DNA of 64,000 nucleotides from Candidatus Babeliales bacterium (GCA_041662445.1 JBAZSL010000006.1:3801-67800); one strand, 5' to 3'; shown: positions 21,126-32,429, counted from the stretch's first letter. Numbers and translations are program-made. The notes: a model not told the origin generated them from the sequence alone.

Positions 21126-22135
21126 AAACCCGCCTTGATTAAATCATGAATATGAACGAGCCCCACAACTTTATTGTTCTCAACGACGACCAATGAGGTA
21201 ATGTTGTGTTCTTCCATCATGCGTAAAGCCGTGAAGGCAAGTGCGTTGGGAGCAATGAACTTTGGATTTTTTGTTGCTATATCCAGTGCGCACGTTTCAA
21301 AAACGTGAGAACCTTGTTCACAGGCGCGTCGTAAATCGCCATCGGTAATGATGCCAAGCAGTGCGTGGTGTCCATCAACGACAACGCAAAGTCCGCGTTT
21401 TTTTGCGGTGATGGTAACCAAAATGTCTTTGAATGGTGTTGCGGGAAGGATGAGGGGTAAAGCTTCGTCTTTATGCATGATCGATGAGACGGTGAGTAGG
21501 AGCCGTTTTCCCAGAGCTCCTGCGGGGTGGTTGCGTGCAAAGTCTTTTTCGCCAAAACCTTTAAGGTTGCTCACAACAACAGCAATCGCATCACCAAATG
21601 CCATCATGGCAGTTGAGCTACTGGTGGGTGCAAGATTGAGAGGACAGGCTTCACGTTCGATGGGTAACGTAATGACGATATCTACTTTCTCGCTGAGTGC
21701 GCCACGCTTACAACACATGAGACAGGTTGTTATTCCGCGCGATGTAAGGAGCGGCAGAATTTGATTAAATTCATCGCCCGTTGCACTTTTGGAGAGGGCT
21801 ATAAAAATATCGTCGGTTTGAACAGCTCCAAGATCGCCATGCAATGCATCACTTGGATGAAGTGAAAATGATGGGATCCCAAGGCTGGAGTGAGTTGCTG
21901 CAAGCTTTTGAGCTACAAGCCCTGACTTGCCAACTCCCGAAAAAATAACTTTACCTTGAGTTTGCAGAATGTGTTCAACAAGCTGTATGGCGTGAGGTGG
22001 AAAATGTTCGATGATAGAAAGAATTGCCTGGGCCTCGGCGCGCAAAATTGAGCACAATGACGCCTGCAGCGTTGTGTTATATTGCTGCTGTGCCTTGCAG
22101 CCTCCAGCACTTTGCTTATCGTGCTGTGCCTGCAT
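21122..22135 (-). CDS. kdsD: arabinose-5-phosphate isomerase (KpsF/GutQ/KdsD family)
   Basis: SIS domain GKVIFSGVGKSGLVAQKLAAT plus tandem C-terminal CBS domains. Confidence 0.85.
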   Translation of the reverse strand: MQAQHDKQSAGGCKAQQQYNTTLQASLCSILRAEAQAILSIIEHFPPHAIQLVEHILQTQGKVIFSGVGKSGLVAQKLAATHSSLGIPSFSLHPSDALHGDLGAVQTDDIFIALSKSATGDEFNQILPLLTSRGITTCLMCCKRGALSEKVDIVITLPIEREACPLNLAPTSSSTAMMAFGDAIAVVVSNLKGFGEKDFARNHPAGALGKRLLLTVSSIMHKDEALPLILPATPFKDILVTITAKKRGLCVVVDGHHALLGIITDGDLRRACEQGSHVFETCALDIATKNPKFIAPNALAFTALRMMEEHNITSLVVVENNKVVGLVHIHDLIKAGL

Positions 22136-22143
22136 AGAAAGTC

Positions 22144-22533
22144 CTATTTCTTTTCGTCTTGAACAAGCTCTGATTGGACCTTGTTCAAAAGATCATTAAT
22201 ACGGCGTTCTTTTTCTTTGGCTTTATCATAAAGAAATACAAGATCTGGCGCATAACGTGTTTGCACGCGTTTGGCAAAACTCGAACGTAGAGAAGGCTTG
22301 TAGAGTTTGAGCGTGTCAAGGGCTTTATTAAAAACTTCTTCGCCCGGTTCTGTATAGGTAGAAAAATACACATAGCACACGCCAGAGTTCGGAGAAATAT
22401 CAACCTGCGAAACAAAGATATCGGCGATGGCCGATTCTTTTTCAGTAAGCGCTCGAATGAGCTGTACCATTTCACGAAGGTAAAGCGACTTGCGTCGTTC
22501 TTTTTTAATATCTGAAGCGGGCTTATGTGCCAT
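22144..22533 (-). CDS. rbfA: ribosome-binding factor A
   Basis: Size and RbfA-like pattern (IFVSQVDISPNSGVCYVYFS...LRSSFAKRVQTRYAPDLVF). Confidence 0.8.
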   Translation of the reverse strand: MAHKPASDIKKERRKSLYLREMVQLIRALTEKESAIADIFVSQVDISPNSGVCYVYFSTYTEPGEEVFNKALDTLKLYKPSLRSSFAKRVQTRYAPDLVFLYDKAKEKERRINDLLNKVQSELVQDEKK

Positions 22534-22547
22534 TGAACGGATTTGCC

Positions 22548-22757
22548 TTACAGGAGTTCACTCTCGTACATTTTGATCATGTTGTTTTTGACAGCGCGCA
22601 TCAAGCGTTTGCGACGCTTCTGTGTTGGTGGTTCAAAATAAACTTGGCGCTTAATATCGCGTGAAACACCTTCGCGTTCAAGTTTCTTTTTGAATTGTTT
22701 CAAGCTTCGTTCCAGATTGCCGATTACCTGGATTTCGATATTGTATGTTTTTGACAT
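22548..22757 (-). CDS. rpsU: 30S ribosomal protein S21
   Basis: 69 aa with LERSLKQFKKKLEREGVSRDIKRQVYFEPPTQKRRKR. Confidence 0.9.
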   Translation of the reverse strand: MSKTYNIEIQVIGNLERSLKQFKKKLEREGVSRDIKRQVYFEPPTQKRRKRLMRAVKNNMIKMYESELL

Positions 22758-22828
22758 AACAGCTGAACACCATCCTTACAAGGGGAATAGAAGATTTAAA
22801 AACAACACACTATTCAAGAATTCTACGT

Positions 22829-22854
22829 AAAAAAGCCACTTTTGTCAAAAGTGC
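22829..22854 (-). terminator. rho-independent terminator after the OMP gene
   Basis: Minus strand reads gcacttttgacaaaagtggc followed by tttttt, directly after the stop codon. Confidence 0.6.
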
Positions 22855-24369
22855 TTAAAAGATGAAGGTTAGGCTGCCGAGCAGGGTTGTTGAGGTAAAA
22901 ACCCGTTCGCCACTAATGTGTGACTGGACGGCGCCTCCAATGGAGAGTGCCCTGGCCACTTGGTAATCGACGCCAAAGTTAAATTGCTGATTTTTCCATG
23001 CGGTTTGCCGTTTATAACGTGCAAGCCCGCCATTAAAAGATGCCAAACGTGTTGCATTTGGCTCTCTGAGCGAAATGCCGTCCCTTAGGTGTTGCGTGTA
23101 GATGTAATCGCCGTAAAAAGAGAGCCCGCCCAGAAACTGTCCAGCTTTAAGCGAGGCGTTAAAATACCAGGTAGTTCCTGGCCGTTGGCGAATGGTGGTA
23201 CTCCAAGGAATGACACCACTTTGAAAATCGGTTGCCGGACCTGGTGGGATAGGCGGTATGACATCGCTTCTTCCGGTTGAAGGTATGCGGATGCCGTGTC
23301 GTGTTTTACTATCAAGTGGCGTGGTGGCTCCGCCGCCTATGCAGAACTGAAGTGACTGGTTGCTTTCGGGCGTGAGCGGAAAGTCGATGCCGATTGAAGC
23401 CTCAAACGTCAAAAGATAAAAGCCATCGTTACCGGTGGGGACTGAAAATGGATTGTTGGGATTAATTTTTTTGCCTGTTGGGAACCATGATCCAAATGCA
23501 ACATAGGGAACGACTGTTGCGGCAAGATCGCCGGCGTCGTCTTTAAGTTCAACAGGGATGTGCCAGTATGCTTGAAGATGGATATCTTCTGCATCCGTAC
23601 GGCGATACACAGCGGGCGTGGTAGCAAGGGGAAGATTAAGTTCATTGCCAATGGCGCGGAGTTTGTCATCACTAAAAAGCGCGGCATAGAGTTTTTTGGC
23701 GTCCATTTGTTGCTCGGTTATGGTGTCGCCAGCAGCATCAATATTCTCCCTAAATGTGCTTTCAAGCACAATTTGTCGCGGTTTGAATTTTACATCAACC
23801 ACACCGCCTCGTGCTGAAAGCCCAAAGCCACAGTGCATATCAAAATTGAATTGGGTGCGAATGCCAGCCTTTTCGTAATAGGCAGGGGATGAATAGTAGG
23901 CGAAGGTATATTTATAGGGATCAAAGTTTGTTTCAAGGGTGAGATCAACAGAGTCACCTGTAAAGACGCCACCACGATAACGCGATGGGGGTGAGATTTG
24001 AGCATTTTTTGTGATGTCGCTTACTTGCATCTCTGCTATATCAATATTTGGTATTAATTTGCCAGCGGGAATTGCATTCGGTCCAAAAAAGACACCGAAC
24101 ATATTCCATTGGCCCAATCGGTCGCCGGCGGCCACTTTTTTGCCGCAATCATTGCGGACCGTCGATGTTTGTTGGTAAATCGGGGAAATATACCAACGGC
24201 CTTCGCATTTATTTCTTTCTTTATAGTATTTGTCGGCGCCCAAGACGGTATAGATTGGTTGTGTATCAAAAACGTTGTTGAGGGGTGTGCTTGAGCACGA
24301 TGTAACGATCATTGAGATCAACGGCAGCAACATGCATAAGCGCTGCGTAGTTTGAATAAGTAGCTTCAT
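22855..24369 (-). CDS. putative outer-membrane beta-barrel protein / porin
   Basis: Leader MKLLIQTTQRLCMLLPLISMIVTSCSS, alternating beta-strand-like pattern, aromatic C-terminus LGSLTFIF typical of OMPs. The ORF track start 24432 is probably too early. Confidence 0.6.
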   Translation of the reverse strand: MKLLIQTTQRLCMLLPLISMIVTSCSSTPLNNVFDTQPIYTVLGADKYYKERNKCEGRWYISPIYQQTSTVRNDCGKKVAAGDRLGQWNMFGVFFGPNAIPAGKLIPNIDIAEMQVSDITKNAQISPPSRYRGGVFTGDSVDLTLETNFDPYKYTFAYYSSPAYYEKAGIRTQFNFDMHCGFGLSARGGVVDVKFKPRQIVLESTFRENIDAAGDTITEQQMDAKKLYAALFSDDKLRAIGNELNLPLATTPAVYRRTDAEDIHLQAYWHIPVELKDDAGDLAATVVPYVAFGSWFPTGKKINPNNPFSVPTGNDGFYLLTFEASIGIDFPLTPESNQSLQFCIGGGATTPLDSKTRHGIRIPSTGRSDVIPPIPPGPATDFQSGVIPWSTTIRQRPGTTWYFNASLKAGQFLGGLSFYGDYIYTQHLRDGISLREPNATRLASFNGGLARYKRQTAWKNQQFNFGVDYQVARALSIGGAVQSHISGERVFTSTTLLGSLTFIF

Positions 24370-24529
24370 ACACCGTCTTTCTTTAAAGATAAGACCAAGA
24401 AAAAAAACCTGCTGGTGCTTTGACTCCTGCAATAAAACCTAAATACAATTGACTTATACCATCGCGCAAACAGCAAGGTCAAGAAGCCGACAAAGAAGCC
24501 TTAACGTTCCACAGAACAAGGGAGAGTTC

Positions 24530-25942
24530 ATGAAGCACAAAAGACAACAACGAGCTCTTTTTATATTTCGTCGTGATTTACGCCTTGATGATAATACCGG
24601 GTTGATTGCTGCACTCAAAAAGTCGGAAGTTGTTATTCCCTGTTTTATTTTTGATCCGCTGCAAATATCTCAATGCAATAGGTTCAGAAGCTTGTCTGCG
24701 GTGCAGTTTATGGTTGAATCTCTTCGCGATCTTGATCTAAAACTTAAGCGCCGTGGTGGACGGTTGTACATGTTTTATGGTCCACCTGATACTGTTGTCA
24801 GAAAATTGCTCAATCGTTATCACATCGATCTTGTGTGTATGAATCGTGATTATACACCGTATAGTTGCGAGCGCGATCAACGGATCTTAGATGTATGCGC
24901 ATCGCGTGGTGTTGCTTGTGAATCATATGATGATGTGTTGCTGCATGCTCCAGGATCAATAGTTAAGAATGATCAAACCCCGTACACTATTTTTACGCCG
25001 TTTTTTAAGCGAGCTGTACGTGCCAAGATCAGGCGTCCTGAATCTGTGCCATCGAGTAAGTTTTTTTCTCAAACTATGATAGGTAATAGCCCCTTGTTCA
25101 TGGACACTGTTATGCCGTCGTATAACAAAAATATTTTTGTTCATGGAGGGCGCGGCCATGCGCGTACTATTTTTAAGCATTTTGAAAAATTTATGCATTA
25201 TGCCGTAGAGCATGATTTTCCAGCATTAGAAAAAACAACAGGGCTTTCGGCTCATCTTAAATTTGGTACGTGCTCTGTGCGTGAAGTGTACTATGCCATG
25301 GTACAAAAGTTGGGTTCTTCGCATCCTTTGGTTCGCCAGTTATATTGGCGTGATTTTTTTACCCAGATCGCGTTTCATTTCCCACAGGTGTTTGGGGCTC
25401 CCTTTTATAAAAAATATGAAACACTCTCATGGCAAAATAATAAAAAGAAATTTGCCGCCTGGTGCGATGGAAAAACTGGGTTTCCCATTGTAGATGCAGG
25501 AATGCGGCAGCTTAATGCGACTGGATTTATGCATAATCGTGTGCGCATGATCGTAGCTTCATTTTTGGTAAAAGATCTTCATATTGATTGGCGATGGGGC
25601 GAGCGTTATTTTGCCACTAAACTTGTTGATTATGATCCGGCGGTTAACAACGGTAATTGGCAATGGGCGGCTTCAACTGGATGCGATGCTCAGCCCTATT
25701 TTCGTATCTTTAACCCCTGGTTACAGCAAAAGAAATTTGATCGTGATTGTGTGTATATACAACGGTGGGTTAGGGAGTTGCGCTCTTTGTCACCACGTAT
25801 GATTCATGCCTTGTTTAAGCATCCTAAAGATGCTCCAGTTGGCTATCCGGCCCCAATAGTTGACCATGATTTTGAGGTTCGTGTTGCAAAAGCCTCGTAT
25901 GCAAAGGCTATTTGTAAGGCCAAAAAGCTTGGTGTACACTAG
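24530..25942 (+). CDS. phrB: deoxyribodipyrimidine photolyase / cryptochrome family
   Basis: FIFRRDLRLDDNTGL, WRDFF, GFMHNRVRMIVASFLVKDLHIDWRWGERYF, NNGNWQWAAS. GGGAGAG RBS before the ATG at 24530. Confidence 0.9.
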   Translation: MKHKRQQRALFIFRRDLRLDDNTGLIAALKKSEVVIPCFIFDPLQISQCNRFRSLSAVQFMVESLRDLDLKLKRRGGRLYMFYGPPDTVVRKLLNRYHIDLVCMNRDYTPYSCERDQRILDVCASRGVACESYDDVLLHAPGSIVKNDQTPYTIFTPFFKRAVRAKIRRPESVPSSKFFSQTMIGNSPLFMDTVMPSYNKNIFVHGGRGHARTIFKHFEKFMHYAVEHDFPALEKTTGLSAHLKFGTCSVREVYYAMVQKLGSSHPLVRQLYWRDFFTQIAFHFPQVFGAPFYKKYETLSWQNNKKKFAAWCDGKTGFPIVDAGMRQLNATGFMHNRVRMIVASFLVKDLHIDWRWGERYFATKLVDYDPAVNNGNWQWAASTGCDAQPYFRIFNPWLQQKKFDRDCVYIQRWVRELRSLSPRMIHALFKHPKDAPVGYPAPIVDHDFEVRVAKASYAKAICKAKKLGVH

Positions 25943-25987
25943 AAACCGGGGTTTTTGTAGTTTCCTGCGCATAAAAATGAATGGTTC

Positions 25988-27826
25988 ATGAAAGAGATAT
26001 TTGACGTCATTGTTGTGGGTGGTGGGCATGCTGGTGTTGAAGCTGCCTGCGCCGCTGCTAAAATGGGGTCCAAGACAATCCTTTTAACGCTTGATGTCGA
26101 CAAAGTTGCCACTATGCCGTGTAACCCATCAATTGGTGGACTGGGCAAGGGGCACATTGTTTTTGAGATTAGTGCGCTTGGCGGACTCATGCCACAGTTA
26201 TGTTCCAAGACGTATCTTCAGGCCCGCATGCTCAACACGAGCAAAGGTCCGGCCGTTCAGGGCTTGCGACTTCAAATTGATAAATATGCCTACAGTTCAT
26301 TGGCCAAAGAATATCTATTGAACACGCCAAACCTGTCAGTAGAATCTCACGCCGTTACCGAGCTTCTTGCTCACAATGGTGCTGTACGTGGCGTGCGCAC
26401 CGACCAAGGGCGTGAATTTTATGCGCCGAGTGTTGTTATAACAACGGGAACATTCCTGAACGGTCTCATGCACATTGGCCGTACGCGTTACAAAGCCGGG
26501 CGGCGAGGTGAGCAGGCTGTTTATGGCCTTTCAGCATCGTTGGGACGGGCTATGGGAGTTCCTATTGCGCGTCTTAAAACAGGGACGCCTCCTCGTTTGC
26601 GCACATCAACCATTGACTATACTCAGCTGGAAAAACAGCCGAATGAGCCGCTCGAGTATCTTTACGAATTCGATCCGGTACAGGTGACTGAAAAAATTCC
26701 ATGTTACGTTACGATGACTAATGAAAAGACTCATGATATTATTCGTAACAATTTGCATCTCTCCGCCCTGTATAGCGGCAATATTAAAGGCATAGGTCCA
26801 CGTTACTGCCCCTCAATTGAAGATAAAGTTGGGCGCTATCCCGATAGGACGTCTCATCACATTTTTATTGAGCCAGAAGGTTTGCAGATTGATGAAGTAT
26901 ATCCTGCCGGACTTTCGACCTCGCTTCCACTTGAGGTGCAAAAGGCGTATATACAGAGCATTAAGGGGCTTGAAAATGCCGTCATTACCAAATGCGGTTA
27001 TGCAATTGAGTATGATTTTATACAACCCACCAATTTAACTTCTTGGCTTGAGGCCAAAACCGTCCAGGGTCTCTTTTTGGCAGGACAGATCAATGGTACT
27101 ACCGGGTATGAAGAAGCCGCGGGACAGGGTTTAATTGCAGGTATTAATGCCCATCTCAAACACAGCGGCAAAGAACCTTTTGTGGTGAGCCGTAACGAAA
27201 GTTATATCGGTGTTATGATTGATGACTTGGTGACGCTTGGGGCTGATGAGCCCTACCGCATGTTCACCTCTCGCGCCGAGCGTCGACTTTTATTACGCCA
27301 AGATAATGTTTTTCTTCGTCTTATGCCCTATGGACATCAACTTGGTTTGATTGATGATGCTTTATATCAAAAATTTTTAGGTGAAAAAGAGAGTATTGAG
27401 CGTGGTGTTGCATTAGTTCGAGCTGCAGGTACATCAAGCATGCTTTTTAAAATATTTCATGGAACTGATTTTACGCAGGAAACACGATCCAGTGTAAAAC
27501 AGCTCATGCATCCGTTATGTGCGCAGCATCACGTGTCAACTGATGATTTATCAGCGCGTGTTTTGTTGGGAATACACGCAGAAATCAAATATGATGGATA
27601 CTTGGACAAAGAGCGACGCGAAGTTGAAAAAACTCAGCGTTATCAGGGACTTAAAATTCCGTTAGATTTTGTCTACAAGGATGTGCCAGGGTTAAGTAAA
27701 GAGCTTCAACAGAAATTGAATTTTTATAGGCCAGCATCAATTGCGCATGCACAACTTATTCCGGGTATGACTCCGGCCGCGATATCGGTTCTTATTTTTC
27801 AGGTGAGGATGCGTGAAAAACAATAA
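25988..27826 (+). CDS. mnmG: tRNA uridine 5-carboxymethylaminomethyl modification enzyme MnmG (GidA)
   Basis: FAD motif [15 protein letters not shown] and full-length GidA similarity ([25 protein letters not shown]). Confidence 0.95.
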   Translation: MKEIFDVIVVGGGHAGVEAACAAAKMGSKTILLTLDVDKVATMPCNPSIGGLGKGHIVFEISALGGLMPQLCSKTYLQARMLNTSKGPAVQGLRLQIDKYAYSSLAKEYLLNTPNLSVESHAVTELLAHNGAVRGVRTDQGREFYAPSVVITTGTFLNGLMHIGRTRYKAGRRGEQAVYGLSASLGRAMGVPIARLKTGTPPRLRTSTIDYTQLEKQPNEPLEYLYEFDPVQVTEKIPCYVTMTNEKTHDIIRNNLHLSALYSGNIKGIGPRYCPSIEDKVGRYPDRTSHHIFIEPEGLQIDEVYPAGLSTSLPLEVQKAYIQSIKGLENAVITKCGYAIEYDFIQPTNLTSWLEAKTVQGLFLAGQINGTTGYEEAAGQGLIAGINAHLKHSGKEPFVVSRNESYIGVMIDDLVTLGADEPYRMFTSRAERRLLLRQDNVFLRLMPYGHQLGLIDDALYQKFLGEKESIERGVALVRAAGTSSMLFKIFHGTDFTQETRSSVKQLMHPLCAQHHVSTDDLSARVLLGIHAEIKYDGYLDKERREVEKTQRYQGLKIPLDFVYKDVPGLSKELQQKLNFYRPASIAHAQLIPGMTPAAISVLIFQVRMREKQ

Positions 27827-29159
27827 TTTTTCCGGCAACGGTCTTAATGAATCTATTGTTCGTGATATTTCAGCGCGCAAAAAAGAGCCTTCATGGATGC
27901 TTGAGCGTCGCTTAGAGGGTCTTGCGCATTTTCAGCAAACGCCGCTTCCCTCGTGGGGTCCTGATCTTACTGCGCTTGATCCCAATGATATTTGTTATTA
28001 TCTCAAGCCGGTTGAGCGTCAAGCACATAAGTGGAGTGATGTTCCAAGCGACATTAAAGAAACGTTTGAAAAGCTTGGTGTGCCGGAGGCAGAAAAAGAG
28101 TATCTTGCAGGCTTAAGTGCTCAATACGAATCAGAAGTTGTTTACCACAACCTTAAGGCTGAATGGGCGGAGAAGGGCGTTGTTTTTGTTGATACAGAAA
28201 CCGGTCTTCGTGAGCATCCCGATCTTTTTAAGAAATTTTTTGGATCAGTGGTTGCTGTTAATGACAATAAGTTTGCTGCGCTTAATACCGCATTATGGAG
28301 TGGCGGTAGCTTTATTTATGTGCCAGCAGGGGTGCAGGTAACTATTCCTCTTCCAGCGTTCTTTCGTATTAATGCGGAGAAAATGGGTCAGTTTGAACGA
28401 ACGCTCATTATTGCTGATGAAGGGAGCTTGGTGACCTATATTGAGGGATGCACCGCTCCTGCATATGCCTCTCATGCATTGCATAGTGCCGTTGTTGAAA
28501 TTATTGCGCATAAAAATTCGCGCGTGCGGTATTACACCATCCAGAATTGGTCAAAAAATGTCTATAACCTTGTTACCAAGCGTGCAGTAGCGCATGAGCA
28601 TGCTTTGGTTGAATGGATAGATGGCAATTTTGGTAGCAAAGTTACTATGAAATATCCGGCGGTTGTTTTACAGGGAGAGGGCGCCCGTGCCGACATTTTG
28701 TCAATTGCACTTGCAGGTAGCCAGGGGCAGATTCAAGACGCCGGAAGCAAAGTTATCCATAAAGCACCGCATACGAGTTCACGCATTATTTCAAAGTCGA
28801 TAAGTTCGCACGGAGGGCGCACAAGTTACCGTGGCCTTGTTGCTATTGATTGCGCGGCCTCCTTTTCAAAATCTTATGTGCAATGTAACGCGCTCATGCT
28901 TGATAGTATGTCGCGGTCTGATGCGTATCCAGTGATTGACGTGCACAATAACCAGATTGATGTTGGGCACGAAGCAACGGTAAGTAAATTAGATGATGAA
29001 CGATTATTTTATCTCATGAGTCGTGGCTTTGATGCCAATGCGGCACGAACGCTTATCATTAATGGTTTTATTGAGCCATTTGTTAAGCAACTGCCCATGG
29101 AATTTGCGATTGAAATGAATCGTCTTATAGAACTTGAAATGGAAGGTTGTGTTGGATGA
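27813..29159 (+). CDS. sufB: Fe-S cluster assembly protein SufB
   Basis: GTG start with AGGTGAGGA RBS; SufB blocks ([38 protein letters not shown]). Confidence 0.95.
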   Translation: MKNNNFSGNGLNESIVRDISARKKEPSWMLERRLEGLAHFQQTPLPSWGPDLTALDPNDICYYLKPVERQAHKWSDVPSDIKETFEKLGVPEAEKEYLAGLSAQYESEVVYHNLKAEWAEKGVVFVDTETGLREHPDLFKKFFGSVVAVNDNKFAALNTALWSGGSFIYVPAGVQVTIPLPAFFRINAEKMGQFERTLIIADEGSLVTYIEGCTAPAYASHALHSAVVEIIAHKNSRVRYYTIQNWSKNVYNLVTKRAVAHEHALVEWIDGNFGSKVTMKYPAVVLQGEGARADILSIALAGSQGQIQDAGSKVIHKAPHTSSRIISKSISSHGGRTSYRGLVAIDCAASFSKSYVQCNALMLDSMSRSDAYPVIDVHNNQIDVGHEATVSKLDDERLFYLMSRGFDANAARTLIINGFIEPFVKQLPMEFAIEMNRLIELEMEGCVG

Positions 29160-29881
29160 GTATGGCCGAACCGGGACAACAAAAGCTTACCATCTATATT
29201 GGTGCGACTACAGATGAGACACTTTCATTACGATCTTTGCTCGCAGAACAAATGGGTGTTGCTTCTTTTAGTGATTTGGCGGTATCAATCATTATTGCAC
29301 CATCAGTTGAGGTCACTGTTTGCGATGATGTGCACGAAGAGCTTGTAAGTGAGTATGTGCGTCATGAGATTGAATTTGTGATACACCGCTATGGCGTGCT
29401 TAATTATCGCAGTTCTGTTGTTACTTCAACGATCAAGAAGTTTCATAAAAATATTATTGTTCGTCTTATGGGACAACGTTCATCTGCTGATATGAAATAC
29501 GCTTGGTATGGTGATGGCGAAAATGCGCTTGCTTTTTCAGCCGTACAAGACCACCAGGCAGCATCAAGCCGTAGCCGTATAGAAATCCGTGGTGTTCTTG
29601 ATGGGCACGCGGAATTTTCTTGTAAAGGATTAATCAAAGTTGCGCGCACTGCTGTGGGAACAATCGCAGAGCAATTGAGCAAAAATCTTATGCTGAGCAA
29701 AAATGCTCATGTTGTTACTACACCGCAACTTGAAATTGAAACAAATGATGTTCAATGTCGTCACGGCGCAGCCATAAGCACGTTATCTGAAGATCAACTG
29801 TTTTATTTGCAGGGACGAGGCTTAACGTTGCAGCATGCGCGACAAATGTTTGTTCAGGGTTTTCTTCTTAATGGCCGTTAA
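29156..29881 (+). CDS. sufD: short SufD-like Fe-S assembly protein
   Basis: ATGA overlap with sufB; C-terminal SufD-like [35 protein letters not shown]. About 240 aa, shorter than typical SufD. Confidence 0.75.
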   Translation: MSMAEPGQQKLTIYIGATTDETLSLRSLLAEQMGVASFSDLAVSIIIAPSVEVTVCDDVHEELVSEYVRHEIEFVIHRYGVLNYRSSVVTSTIKKFHKNIIVRLMGQRSSADMKYAWYGDGENALAFSAVQDHQAASSRSRIEIRGVLDGHAEFSCKGLIKVARTAVGTIAEQLSKNLMLSKNAHVVTTPQLEIETNDVQCRHGAAISTLSEDQLFYLQGRGLTLQHARQMFVQGFLLNGR

Positions 29882-31046
29882 GCACGTAGCAACGGATAGG
29901 CAATGTGAAATTGGCTAGATCAATGAGCCAACCGGTTTCGATTTTGCACCGAGCGCTGTTGTAGTTTTGTCGTGTTCCATAATCGATTTCAAGCAATGAG
30001 ACGTAATCGTCCCCTATTTTAACTAAGAGATCAAGCTCTCTAAATTTTGGAGAAACAATGGTGCATGATTGTTTATTAATACAGAGGGGTTCGGTATTCT
30101 TTGCGGCATTTTCGATATATGCCTCGTGATTAATAACGATATCCATGCATTGCTTGATGACCTGGTCATTGCTGTGCGTAAGCCGCGTCCACACATCGTC
30201 ATCTGACATGGCGTAGGTAAAATCATTTTCTTTGATGATACCGATTTGGAAGGCTCGTTCTAACGCATGCTTGGTGTATTCGTATACGACAGTATTCCAC
30301 GGCGCGCTCATATTGATTTTGATTGTTTCCAGGTAGAGCGTGACAAGCCGTTGTGCGCTTTTAACTGTTTTGAAATACCAGAATTCTTTTGAGGTTTTTG
30401 CATCAGCGTTATGAAAATCTAAATCAGCAAAAACTTCTGTGAGCTCCTGATCAGTAATTTTTCCGGCAAGTAGGCCGCCAACAAGCGTATAATCAATGCG
30501 ATCTAAAAAAGGCTTTTGGCAAATATCGTCAAGCTGAAAATTGTATTTTTTGAGAATGGTTGCTACTTCATGATCAATCAAAAAGCGGTTCAGGATGTCA
30601 TCTTGATAAGAGCAACCTGATTTTTTATTACCATGAAATAAAAAATCAGCGACGTGTGAAAATGCAGTGTGCGAAATGTCGTGGAGGAGCGCCGAAATTT
30701 GGTCGGCCAGAGGTCTGCCCTTGAGCCGATACATTGCCCATAAACATATTGAATGATCAAAGCGCGTATAGTTATTTCCGTTGGCATACAAAGTTTTTGC
30801 TTTTACGTAATGTGAAGGTCCATATTGATGGATGTTGATAAGCCGTTGCATTGCAGGACACGTAACAAGGTCATGGAGTATGGGTTCAGTGCAGGTAAAG
30901 CTGCCGTAGGGTGTTTGAACGTGCATGCCATCCGCCGTATTGTTGATTGAAACAACTGGCGCATGGACCGCACTCAGAGATGATGTTAAGAACACCGTAA
31001 AGAAAAAAAATAATTTTTGTATATGGGTTTGAGAAAGTGAGATCAT
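29868..31046 (-). CDS. leader-bearing HD-domain phosphohydrolase
   Basis: Leader KLFFFFTVFLTSSLSAVHA; HD motif RFDHSICL...ALLHDISHTAFSH. Confidence 0.7.
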   Translation of the reverse strand: MISLSQTHIQKLFFFFTVFLTSSLSAVHAPVVSINNTADGMHVQTPYGSFTCTEPILHDLVTCPAMQRLINIHQYGPSHYVKAKTLYANGNNYTRFDHSICLWAMYRLKGRPLADQISALLHDISHTAFSHVADFLFHGNKKSGCSYQDDILNRFLIDHEVATILKKYNFQLDDICQKPFLDRIDYTLVGGLLAGKITDQELTEVFADLDFHNADAKTSKEFWYFKTVKSAQRLVTLYLETIKINMSAPWNTVVYEYTKHALERAFQIGIIKENDFTYAMSDDDVWTRLTHSNDQVIKQCMDIVINHEAYIENAAKNTEPLCINKQSCTIVSPKFRELDLLVKIGDDYVSLLEIDYGTRQNYNSARCKIETGWLIDLANFTLPIRCYVLNGH

Positions 31047-31280
31047 CGGAAATCTTTCGTGAAATAATGAATAGATCTACAGATCAAAATACAAGAAATA
31101 TGAATCAACGAATGCTCTTCATATGGGTTTCATATTTTAGGTATTTTTGTGTGTTTGTAAAGAATCCTTTGCTGTATGTGATGATGATTTCAAGCTTTTT
31201 CCTCATAAGCTTGTTGTCATTGCAGGGTGTTACTTATAGTGATTTATGTGTTTTTACAAAATTTAAGAATGGGAGCTGTA

Positions 31281-32216
31281 ATGAAGTGGTCTGAGTTGGC
31301 AAGTTGCGTTTCCTGCATTGTTTTATCGCTATCGTTCGTTGTAGATCTTTGCGCGCTGCAGCCCAAAAAAAATCACGGTGAATTGCGCAAACCTTATGTC
31401 AAAGCAGGCATCAATGGCCTGCAACGTGATGTTGCTCAAGACGTATGGGGGCAGGGCTTAAAGCAGCCGCAAAATATTATTAAAGAACAACTCAATTCTC
31501 CAGAATTTCAGGCGACCATAGGCAGGATGCAAGAAAATTTGGGGATTACCGAGGTGGTTCTTAATAAGAAAGCCAAGAGCCTCAGCGATCAGATGCAGCT
31601 TAAAAACACAGATGAATTCGAAACATGGTTGCCCGCCGTGAAGCTGCTTTTGCCTCGATATAGCCAACTTGTTTGTGATATAAGTCAGATATATCTAGAA
31701 AATAATGAGCACGTTTTGCAGGCTGCTATAGGTGAAAAGTATAAAAAAAATTTGGAAGCTCTTAATCCTCAATGGATTACTTCGTATTCAGCGCAAGATG
31801 TAAGCGCTGCACATGAATTAAGACGCGATTTAGATGCGCTATATGTTCGCATTGACACATTATTTAATGAATTTTTTCCATTAACGTTGAAACTTGATGA
31901 CAACGTGGTGGTGGCAAACATAAAAGGACTGATAGCACAATTTGAAGGTTTTTTGTTGCAGAGTATTGCTGGTACGCCATTTACACACCAAACCACCTCG
32001 TATCAATATTTTTTTTTAAAATTACAGGAGCCTTCTTCTGCCAAAATTATCGGCATAATGCCGAAGAAATTTCAGGAGAAATTGTTTGATAAAACTGTTG
32101 TTCTTATGTATCACGTGGCGCAGCAATCTAAGCAGATGACTTATTTTGATAGCGATTTTTTGGGTTATGTAGGTAAAATTCATGATCCAGAGATGAAAAA
32201 GTTGATTGAGAACTAA
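31281..32216 (+). CDS. hypothetical secreted protein
   Basis: GGGAG RBS before the ATG at 31281; leader MKWSELASCVSCIVLSLSFVVDLCA; no recognisable domain. Confidence 0.5.
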   Translation: MKWSELASCVSCIVLSLSFVVDLCALQPKKNHGELRKPYVKAGINGLQRDVAQDVWGQGLKQPQNIIKEQLNSPEFQATIGRMQENLGITEVVLNKKAKSLSDQMQLKNTDEFETWLPAVKLLLPRYSQLVCDISQIYLENNEHVLQAAIGEKYKKNLEALNPQWITSYSAQDVSAAHELRRDLDALYVRIDTLFNEFFPLTLKLDDNVVVANIKGLIAQFEGFLLQSIAGTPFTHQTTSYQYFFLKLQEPSSAKIIGIMPKKFQEKLFDKTVVLMYHVAQQSKQMTYFDSDFLGYVGKIHDPEMKKLIEN

Positions 32217-32357
32217 TTACTGACGATGTCCCTTTCTCTCAAGCTGTTCAACAGTTTCAGACCGACCAGCGAAAACAATAGACCTTCATTAATGATCAAG
32301 TTGTCGCATGACCCGCAACAAGAAAGAGGTTGTTGCACTTTGTTTGCCAAGAATACT

Positions 32358-32385
32358 TTGATTTTTGTTAAATAGTGGTTATGCT
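32358..32385 (+). promoter_or_regulatory. candidate sigma70 promoter of ankyrin paralog 1 (conserved module copy 1)
   Basis: TTGATT - 16 nt - TATGCT; same spacing and hexamers at 33573 and 34616; followed by the 10-bp palindrome TCGCTAGCGA at 32415-32424. Confidence 0.45.
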
Positions 32386-32429
32386 TCTTCCCCTTTTTGA
32401 GCTCTAAATAATTATCGCTAGCGAGTATT

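Noticed and set aside
31037-31294. 85-aa plus-strand ORF upstream of the secreted hypothetical gene
   Set aside because: It lies in the AT-rich divergent intergenic region and overlaps the better-supported start at 31281. It has no RBS.
32315-32336. Short hairpin gcaacaa-gaaagag-ttgttgc downstream of the 31281-32216 gene, considered as a terminator
   Set aside because: The stem is only 7 bp and AT-rich, and no clean T-run follows. It is not convincing enough to list as a feature.
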